The translations under genes were made by a program, and so were the position numbers. From Eledone cirrhosa (Eukaryota), in the NCBI GenBank assembly GCA_964016885.1, contig OZ024742.1, positions 363,196,001 to 363,260,000 of the forward strand: a stretch of 64,000 nt of DNA, in the 5' to 3' direction. Numbering within the stretch: position 1 is the first letter of the stretch; every line of letters begins with the position of its first letter. This document shows, piece by piece, positions 53,915 through 64,000 of the stretch. The notes beneath the pieces are model-generated. The model saw only the letters and a list, made by a program, of their open reading frames with translations, was not told the origin of the DNA and ran no database searches.

Positions 53915-53955
<41 letters not shown>
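53310..53955. repeat. About 325-bp imperfect tandem duplication in the Neptune 3' UTR
   Basis: GGCTCACGAAGGCTTTTTT...GTTAGTTCGCTGGGGTGTCAG...(GT)n occurs twice. Confidence 0.8.
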
Positions 53956-53958
<3 letters not shown>

Positions 53959-54431
53959 TATTGGAAGATGATTCTATTAGTAGAAATGGGGGAGGGAGTT
54001 GTGTGTGTGTGTACATGGGTGTTATGTGTGTGTGTGCGAGTAAGTTAAGATGGAGAGAATATATATTTTGTGTGTGTGTATATATATGTGTGTAGGAAAG
54101 TGGTTCTATTAGTAAAAATGGGGAGGGAGTTGTGGGTGTGGGGGTTGTTATGTGTGTGTATGGGTGTTATGTGTGTGGGAGTATGGTTAGCATGTTAAGA
54201 TGAAGAGAATATATATATATATATATATATATTGTGTGTGTGTGTATGTGTGTGTGTAGGAAAGTGATTCCTTTAGTAGGAATATATTTGAATGAACATA
54301 TTTTCCTTACTTATTCGTATTGTCAGTGCAAACGTATGTTAAGGTTTATTTAGTTCGGGTTTTTATTTTCTAAAGTAGAAGGTGTTATGTGTGTGTGTCT
54401 ATGTCATATTATGGTGTTGACATAATGTATA

Positions 54432-56732
54432 TTAAACCTTATTTAATGTTGGTCTATATTTTTGAATAAACATATTTTCCTTATTTATTCGCATTTGTTC
54501 TGTTGTATTGTTAGCGCAAAGGTAAAATGGGAAGACTTGGAATTTGGGTGTCTTATTACTTGCGCAAATGTCTAGATGTGCACTTAGTGGTATCTGTCTC
54601 GTGGTTGGATCTCGTAATTGTTGGCGATGAACTGTCATTCTGTTTCTGAGTGTGAGTTTAGTTTGTCCTACATAATCTTCATTGCATCCTTTACATTTAA
54701 TGGCATAAATTAGATTTTTTGATGAGCAAGTGAAGTGATTTTTTACAGTAAAATGTTGTCCTGATTTAAATGTATACGTGTTGCCTTCAATGAGGTGAGT
54801 GCAGGTTCCACAATTAGAGCGACCACATTTTTTGATACTTGGTTGTGGGTTTGTGGTAGGTAATTTGGCATTGGTGAGTAATGTTTTCAGTGATTTTGGT
54901 TGTCTTTTGGTTTTGATTATTTTGTGTGTTTCAAGGGCTTTTTTCATTCTTGGGTTTTGTTTTAGTAGTGGGATGTTATTGTGAATAGTGTTGTAAGCTT
55001 CCGCATTTCTTGGGTCGTGTGTTGAGATATATGATAGAATATTGGACGTACCTTGAATTTGTTTCTGTTTCCGTAATTCATCAATGCCTATTGCTTTAGC
55101 CCTTTCTATTCCATTATTTATTAGTAATAGTGGGTACTCTCTCTCGAGTAGAATTTCCTTTAATTCTTGAAGTCTTTTATTTCGCGTTTCATAATTGGAG
55201 ACAATTGTGCAAATTCTTCTTGCTAGGTTAAAAGGAATGTTCGTCTTCGTGTGCTTTGGATGGTTGGAGGTGAATAGCAGATATTGTTTGGAATCTGTTG
55301 GTTTGTAATGTATGTCAGTTTCGATATTTGTGTCTTTTTTTAAGATTAAGATGTCCAGAAATGGGAGTTGATCTTGGCTGTATTCCATTGTGAATTGGAT
55401 GTGGTTATTGATGCCGTTTATTAAGTTTTTGAAATCCTTCAGTTGGTCGAGTGTGTGGGACCAAAGAATGAGGCAATCATCCAAGTAGCGTTTCCAATTC
55501 TCTGATAAATATTTGTGGAAGTTCAATCCGTATTTTGATTTGGACTGTTCATATATCTGGACTTCTAAGTATGCCATGACTAAGTTGGCATAAGTTGGAG
55601 CGGCTTTTGTACCCATCGCAGTCCCCGATATTTGCTTGTAAGTATTGCCATCGAAATCAAAAAAGTTGTTCTGTAGGATGAATTTTAATCCCTCGGTGAT
55701 GAAGCTTTTTTCTATTCTGTCAGGTATCTCATTGGGATATTTCTCTAGCCAGAATCCTATTGCTTCTAGTCCGTATTGGTGTGGGATCGTGGTGTAGAGA
55801 TTTACTACATCGAAAGACACAATAATAGTGTCGTTGTTGACATGTTTGGGGAGGTGGTTTAAGAGGTCCAGATCGTCTCTTACAAGGCTTGGTATGTGTT
55901 TCAGTATTGGTTTAAGTAGTATGTCTATAAAGTTGCTCAATCTGTGTGTTTCACATTGTGGGCCCGCTACAATTGGTCTTAATTTAAGGTCTGTGGGGTA
56001 TTGTGTGTTCACGCAGGCTGAGGTGGATTGTTTACAGGCATCGTTGATTATTTTACACTTGTGGATCTTTGGAAGTCCGTAAAGGTTGCTGGTTTTGTAT
56101 TAAAAATTTGTTAAATAATCGCGTTCCTTTTTAGTTAGGTCTTCCTGGTATCGATAAATCAGTGTGTTTAATTTGGTCATTATTTTTGATTGCTGGTAGT
56201 TTTTTACTCTTTCATAGTAATTGGTATTTTGTAAGAGAGAGAACATAGAATTTTTATATTTTTCAGCCTCCATAATGACAACAGTACTTCCCTTGTCCAC
56301 TTCCTTAATTATAATGTCCGTATTGTTTTTTAGTTCATGGATAATCTCCCATTCCTTTCGACTCGTGTTGGGTTTGGGTTTAGGTTGCGGTAGTTCATGG
56401 TATGGGAAGGTAGCTATGTGGTCACAAAATTTGTCCAGAACTCTGTTTCTACCTTTTGTTGGGTTGTAGCTGCTTTTATTCCGTACAATTGATTCGTCGT
56501 TATTCTCCTTGTCAAAGAATTCCTCTGTGAGACGTAATTTCCTACAGAAGTGTGAGATATCGTCATTTATCTCGTTGGGGTTAGGGTATTGTGGTGTTGG
56601 TGTGAATTTCAGACCTTTGGAGAGAATTTTTACTTGTTGGGCTGAGAGGTTTGTATTTGAAATGTTAATTATTTTCGGTTTTTCAAAATCGGTTTGTGCT
56701 ACCGGGTGTCGTGAGTCCTGTAGCCTTGGTCT
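54432..56732 (-). pseudogene. Neptune-type PLE pol frame (RT, Cys linker, GIY-YIG) with one in-frame stop at 56100-56102
   Basis: ILSKGLKFTP, FCRKLRL, DKG, YGLPKIHK, RPIVAG, FDVVNLYT, GTAMG, RYLDD, FLD, CxxxxCxxC, LIY..C..C..YVG, all in one frame. Confidence 0.9.
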
Positions 56733-57190
56733 AAAAAATGATTTTTCGGGAATGTTTTTTCATTGGTATTATTATATCTAATGGTATTTCCCCTGTTGTT
56801 GTGTGGTCTTGTATAGGAGTTTCGGACGTATCGAGGTTCGGTTTGTTGATAGTCCGGGTTGTAGATTTGGTTCCTTTGTGTGGGTTGGGATCTACGGTTT
56901 TGGAACAGGCTTTGTGTGGGCAGGGGTCTACGGTTTTGGAATAGGTTTTGTGTGGGTTGTGATCTGCGGATCAGGTCCTGCCTTGTGTTCGGGGATCTTT
57001 GGTTTTTGTTAGTAGGGTTATAGTTTTGTCTATGGTTTCTGGGATTATCGTTATAGTTTTGCTGGGGGTATGTTGGACGTTTTGTTACTTTTTTTGTTGT
57101 GCATGTGGTGTGTGAGTTTTAGTTTGTTTTAAAAATGGGTTACCTGTATGTTGTTCATTTTTGAAATCCATTTCGTAGTTGTTGATTTTC
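56699..57190 (-). pseudogene. Upstream N/Q/R/P-rich ORF of the Neptune element (5'-truncated, probable frameshift near 57090)
   Basis: Open 57118-56699, with 11-aa repeats LFQNRRxxPTQ, ending NHFLDQGYRTHDTR*. Confidence 0.6.
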
Positions 57191-57257
57191 TTTTTCTTTA
57201 TACTTTCACTCGTGTAGGACACCTCGGTTATTTTTCATTTTGTAAAAAAACCCTCAC

Positions 57258-57352
<95 letters not shown>

Positions 57353-57408
57353 TAGATAAGTATATATATGTATATATATATATATATATATATAGATAGA
57401 TAAGTATA

Positions 57409-57486
<78 letters not shown>

Positions 57487-57673
57487 TAGATAGATGTGTG
57501 TATGTATGTGTGTGTGTGTGTGTATGTATGTGTATGTATGTATGTGTGTGTATATGTATGTATATATATATATGTAGATATGTATGTGTGTGTATGCATA
57601 TATGTGTGTGCATGTGTATGCGTGTGTGTGTATATGTGTGTGTATGTGCTTTTTTGTGTGTATATATATATAT

Positions 57674-58283
57674 GTGTCAGGTCACCAGTTGGTGCTACTG
57701 GTAACATGTATCCCAGTACAACCTGTCTCATGGTCGGGTCGTTGGCGACTAAACTGACAACCCCACCAAGGTTTCTTGGTGAGGAGGGTGACTTTGGACA
57801 TCCTGCAGGACTAAAAACAAAACCTGTCAAAGGGCAAAGGAGCTCTTAAGAGTCAATGGCCATCCAAAATCACCGGGAGAGATGACCCATTAGCCTTTGT
57901 CAAGGCAGAATTCTAGGAGAAGGAAAACTCTGATATAACACCTGCAACCCTGATGGTATCCAATGATGTTGACTTGTTCTTCTTTTTGGTAAATATCATC
58001 TTGGTTAAGAGAGTGGGACTGGCTTTGTGCAGTGCCTTTGCTCACTATAAAAGCTTCACGGCACAGGCATTGCTTTATATCTGGAGATCGTTCTGCACTT
58101 GTCGTTACATGGAACCATGGGCCCAGCACTATGTGTCAATAATTGTCACAAGTGTAGTGATTGTACTAGAGTTTTCAAGTCGCTGGCTGGACTAAAAAGT
58201 CATATTCGTTCAGCGCATCGGTAGGCGTTCTCCTAGATGGATATAAAGTATTGGCCGTACTCGAAAACGAGTTGGCAGCCACC
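57674..58283 (+). mobile_element. Bipartite RTE-derived non-autonomous element nested in (TA)n
   Basis: Absent from the mirrored arm near 50400-50423; RTE-type 3' end shared with 18313-18603. Confidence 0.75.
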
Positions 58284-58317
<34 letters not shown>

Positions 58318-58856
58318 GTATAGATATACATATATATGTGTGTGTAAGTGTTTATGTATGTGGTTGTGAGTATGTAAATATACTTTATTCTTTTCATTCT
58401 ACAAAAACACTCTGGCCACCTGTAGCTTGTATGTTAACTTGACCACTCACCTTAGAACAATGGTCTGTGCCATGATTCGGTCTTGTTTATCTTCTAATAC
58501 CAACCCACCTTAAACAAATTTCCTTACTATATATCTGTTGAATTACTATTCTTGGGTTTTACAAAAGCACTCCGGCTAATTGACCACTCCCCAAAGAAAA
58601 AACGGTCTGTGCCATGTTGTGGTCCTGTGTATCTAAATACCATCCTACCCCAAAAATCCCCCCCACCCCTCCCTTACCACTACCTAAATGCATATATACC
58701 AGAACTTAATATGACACCCAGCTTCCTGAACATTTCATCTGAATGAAACAGTACTAGTCCTGTAGAAGCTCCTTCTATACAATAAATATATTTTACTCTG
58801 CCATGTATTGAGTACCTTACTTACTGTGGTTATCTCCGACTCAACCCGGGACCTAC

Positions 58857-59029
<173 letters not shown>

Positions 59030-60140
59030 ATAAGGAAAAGCGAAGTAGTTTCAGATGTTCAAGTCTTTTAATAATAATGCTGTGATATATATTTGAATGA
59101 GGTAGGGGCCACACTGTTCTGTGCGCCAGTTTCGCGACATCGTCAGACAGCTTGTTACATAATAAGGTTATGTTTTCGAGGCAATCCAAATTGAATCGAC
59201 ATGGGAACGGACGAAGTATGTGCTTTTGAGTTCTTCATCCGTTCCCCTGTGAGTACCAATTCACCCCCACTGGTCTGCGCAAGCGCAGATCCAGGGGGAA
59301 GTTGGCCATTAGCTACCGCAGATTTCAACGAAATTCGCTTAGTCAGTTTCCCCTCTCAGCCAAACAATGATCCAGTCAAGCCTGCACCATAGTTTACTGC
59401 TACCCATTCTTCTGTGGCAGTCAGCTGAATGCCAGTGGGATGGGAGAGTATTAGTATTTACAGGTCTCTTTACTACCTCTCACCAAGCATGGACAGTATA
59501 ACTGACCATCAACCCCTAAGAGAATATATTAATTCTATGTATCATGGTTTCATATTGGAAGTTATAAGTGAAATTAGAACAAAAAATTACAATTTAAAAT
59601 AGGAAATCCGAAATCAAGTTTCAGAAATTAGAAATTAAAAAATTAACAATTAGAAATTAAACAATTAAAAAATTTTTCAAGTGAGAATCCGGACTGAGGT
59701 GAGTAAAAAAAATATAGATTGAAGTGAGTAAATAATATGCAGAGATATGTTTAAGTAAGAAGTTTTGAAAGGGGTCCTAATGTTACAGTTACACTATCTA
59801 CATACTGAACGATGGTACCGTACATTAGAACGGAGGGTAAACGACAGTATGAAAGGTAGTGGTTAATCGGGTACACAGTCATAATTTCAGGGTACACAGT
59901 CATAATTTCTATCACATGGAACAAAACCAATAAAAACATATATAAAGTACACAAAAGAAAAGAACCAATGAATAAATGAATGAATGAATGAATGAATGAA
60001 TGCAAAAACACATAGAGTACATAAATGCACATACATGTGATGAACATACATGGAATGAACTTTAATTTCCCTAAAGAAAAATACAATTGTATTTAGTCTC
60101 TAAAATATACTTCTCATCTACTATGAATGTTTCATGGGAA

Positions 60141-60364
60141 ACATATAATGTGTATGGTAATTTTATATTTCAACATTTTAATATGGTTTACATAATGATA
60201 TCAATAATTTCCACGTGTATCCATTAAGTAAAACACCTTCAAAATTGTAGACATATAATGTGTATGGTAATTTTATATTTAAACATTTTAATATGGTTTA
60301 CATAATGATATCAATAATTTCCACGTGTATCCATTAAGTAAAACACCTTCAAAATTGTAGACAT
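60141..60364. repeat. 110-bp tandem duplication
   Basis: ACATATAATGTGTATGG at 60141 and 60251; ACAT microhomology at the ends. Confidence 0.95.
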
Positions 60365-61221
60365 TTAAAATAATTGTCATTACGGCAATGTCTTTAATCT
60401 CCGTCCGGCGGTGTGTGTTCCACTTGATACAATCAACGTAACAGGCCGTTCATAAAATTAACATGTATTTCAACATTCCACAAATCCAGATTAACCCAGT
60501 TTAGGGGAGGGGTGTGTGCATCAGAGTGTGACAGGGATGAGCCTTTCAATTACAAATATTGCCTGGAATTGGAGCAACATTAGATGAAATGTTTTTCTCA
60601 AGGTCGCAGTCTGTCACTGGAAATTAAACTCATAACCTTACTATTGTGAGCCTAATACACTATCTAGCATGTCATACGCCTTCACATTATTCTGTGTCAA
60701 ATAAATGAACTAGTCATCTTGATATTAAGGGTTTGTTGTGATTGTTTTATTCGTTTACTGGCTTCAATCATTGTATTATGATCTTGCCGAAAGACCTTCT
60801 GAAGGTATTCCATCGTATCAATCCTAGCATAATTCATTGACGTGTTGTACTTATTATATCATTCCCTTTGCTGTTGATCCGCTAAATAACACCACATAGA
60901 CACAAAGACAAACTAAGCATAGGCAAACACACACATGTTGATCTTTTCTTCATTTCGGGTTATAGCTTGTGTCGCTCAGAGAGTGGGATTGGCTCAGTGC
61001 ACAGTCTTTCCTCACTTTAAAATATATCTTCACGCACAGGCATTGCCCGATGGAATTAATTAATAATTATTAACAATGGTATATCGTGCAATGACCATAC
61101 TCGTTAACGAGGGGGCAGCCATCATGTGTGTATGTATGTAAGTATGTAAGTATATGTGCATGTGAGTGTGTTCTGTTATTATTTCTGGCAATATTATAAC
61201 AATATTACCCTCCCCAAGTAT

Positions 61222-61299
<78 letters not shown>

Positions 61300-61962
61300 T
61301 AATAGTTTAAATATAACCGAAGAGTTACGGTATTTATACATTTACAATTGTTTCTAGCTGTACTGCGTCACGCAAAAAGAGTTATTTTAGTAATTCACAA
61401 CTCTGCGTGACCATCATTGCATTGAGCTAAATAACTCCATGTGAATGTATAAAATTAATCCCATTAATATTTTAATTATAACTATATTATAATATTAGTA
61501 CTACTACTACACATCATTCATCCACATTTTATAGTAGCAAACACTTGTAGCTCAGCAGGATTGATGTTTCAATCACGTGATTGTGAAGCTACTGTGCAAT
61601 CACCTGCCCATTCTCGTATTATTTAAATATGATTATTACTAATGAGGTATGTATTGTGTAAAAATACAGAAATAGAAGCTATGCTTTGGGAATTCGGGTT
61701 TGTTGAAATACGTTCTACTCTTTCCATCACAACCGACAATAGTAAATAACTGCATCTTATTGACAACAGAGTCTTGTTAACACCAAGAACGATAACAAAC
61801 CAACATACATAATCCAAAGAATCAGCATGAATCTAATAGGTTGCGCTTATCCACGTGTGGTTAAGTTATAGATGAAGTATCTATAATGTACATGGAACAT
61901 AAGAGGACGCTGGATACTTAAGCTTAAATCTGTAGAATGAGGTTTCTAAATATTTTGATATA

Positions 61963-62155
61963 TAATTGTTTCTACATTTGGCACAAGGCCAGAAATTATC
62001 CCAGTGCATTACTGGTACTTTATTTTATCGACCCCTTAAGGATGAAAGACAAAGTTAACCTCGGCAGGATTTGAACTCAGAACGTAAATGGTCGTAACTC
62101 TGTGCTGAAAAGCATGGCGTCCGACCCTCCACCAATGCTGCCAATCCACTACCCT
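61963..62155 (-). mobile_element. SINE family 1, full length
   Basis: Reverse complement of the family consensus. Confidence 0.85.
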
Positions 62156-62859
62156 TCTGATTTATAATGCTGCATTGTATGCATGTCTGGACCCATACTA
62201 TCCAATGAAGTTGTAGGACAGCCGGTATGATATACGGCGTGTATTGAATGCTTTAAAGCCGGAGGATTAGCTCCCTTCTCCAGGTCTGAATACAACTGAT
62301 TTTCTCATGAGAAGGAGAGAGTGGAATTGAAAATGTGGAAGTGAGAAAGATACACAGACAGGGAAACGAATCTAGTACCAAAGGGATACTTATTTTATTG
62401 AACGCGAAATGATCAAAGTCAAAGTTGACCTCGGTTGAATTTCAAATCAGACAGTGCAAAATACCAAAACGAATACCGTAAATCATTCTATCCGACGTTC
62501 TAACGATTCTGTTATTTGGCCACATATAATCGAGTGAATTGCAAATACACGAGGTTTTGAGAGCAATGGATAAGACGTGGTGATTCGTGTGGTGTCTGAG
62601 AGGTTAGGCTTAATAAATGTTTTGAGAGGAAGAAATACATGTGAGTCTATATTGCTTTGCGTGGCACTGATTCCTCTAAGTAAATTATAAAATGAAACTG
62701 GATATATATATAAGATTAATGAAACAAAGGGTAGTAATATTTTCTTTATGAATTATTTGGAATTCTGTTGGCAAAACATGATCAACAAGTAAAAGGATTT
62801 CTTCGGGGTATAAAATAGTTTTGTGATGATACAAAAATAAAATTCAAGCTCGATAAATG

Positions 62860-64000
62860 CACCAAGGCTACATGTGTCAAAGGGATATCATTATACATCA
62901 AAAATATATTTGATAAGTATATCATAATAAAATATTGAGAACCAGAAGGCAGTTATAACTATCTACTTGTCTAAGAGATAGACGAAGTTAAGCATTCACT
63001 GATGTAAGAATAAAAAGAAAAGACTGTATCGAAGAATTAAATGCCAAAAAACAAATTGGAAGCAACTAACACACTAGCTATATTCTAGCTCTATACAGCT
63101 TCAATATTATTAACTCGTCACGAACGGAAATTAGCAAAAACTGATGTCAAAATCTGTAAACTATTAACGTTGCACCTTCTGTATCACACACGGCCGGATG
63201 AAGAAAGATTGTATCTCGCTAGAAAAGAAGTCGGCCGTGGGTTATTATAACTACAACTGACAATTAAAATAGTTACTATAGAACTTTTATGTACTTGGAA
63301 CAAACAAACTATTGGATGTTAGGTATTAAAACAGGAATGATCCAAGAAGCTACATTTTATAATAAAGGATTCGAAAAATGCAATTAGTGGGGCCAGAATC
63401 TAATGCCATAAATGTTTTCCCCAATGAAACGGTTATACAAATGAAAAACAAAGCAACATAAACCGGCCTGTGACATACTAGAGTAAATATGCACAAAATC
63501 CACTGCATGGCAAACATCCAAAATGAGATAACAATCCCGATGTATAACAACTACTTACATATTATTGCTGCCTAACATCAATGTATACTTACTCGAAATT
63601 AAACGAGTCACGTTGTAAAAAATAACAGCGATCCATTGTGTCGGGTATGTCTGGGAAGGCCGAAGACAATAGATTAAATTATCCCTAGACATGACAGAGC
63701 GGATCGACTAAATACTTGCACGGCATCTTAGAACAGCTGAATGTGTACACTGTGTGATATACCACACATTCAATCTCCTTCATAAAGAGAATTGTTGGGA
63801 GTATAAACCACCTCAAAATACTGATGTAATTCTAATATCCAAACACACAGAAAATCCAAGCTAATCTGCCAGATGTCGTTGATAATTTCATTAAAAACAC
63901 TTGTTTTCTTATAAATATCGTAGACTCCTCTGACAAAATACATCTCTAAAACATTTGAGAAAGTCATTAAATAGAAGGACATTGACATATAAATTAACAG
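62860..64000 (+). mobile_element. Heavily degraded R4/Dong-clade non-LTR retrotransposon
   Basis: Fragments LNAK..LEATNTLAI, YSFNIIN, DEERLYLARKEVGRGLL, CRV, RHD, KIQANLPDV across frameshifts. Confidence 0.65.

Larger units (their letters stand above)
52963..57265 (-). mobile_element. Near full-length Neptune-type PLE nested in the family B 3' UTR (TA)n
   Basis: Long minus arm 52963-57200 plus short plus-strand tail arm 57189-57265. Confidence 0.9.

Overview
Eukaryotic, gene-poor, microsatellite-saturated DNA with one 200-N gap. The SINE and RTE families look like those of an octopod cephalopod (inference). No intact host gene is supportable. The window is dominated by Penelope-like retroelements (PLEs: RT + GIY-YIG; Nematis-type and Neptune-type) and their non-coding dependants, nearly all inserted in (TA)n tracts. 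Most insertions share one architecture: two inverted arms whose RNA-sense 3' ends point outward into TA repeats. One arm carries a full 3' tail and the other starts internally at a TA microhomology. About 30 intact or degenerate type I hammerhead ribozyme (HHR) motifs from roughly 15 sequence families can be folded by eye. They include U3-A8 core variants, U-U pairs at the base of stem II, head-to-head twin-HHR mini-palindromes, and tandem non-coding HHR monomers (433 and 543 bp) that look like retrozymes. Also seen: a candidate -1 frameshift site in the Neptune element, a 1.8-kb microhomology inversion, tRNA-derived SINEs, RTE/CR1/CRE/R4 relics, a Helitron-like element and minisatellites. All folds and alignments were done by eye; nothing was computed.
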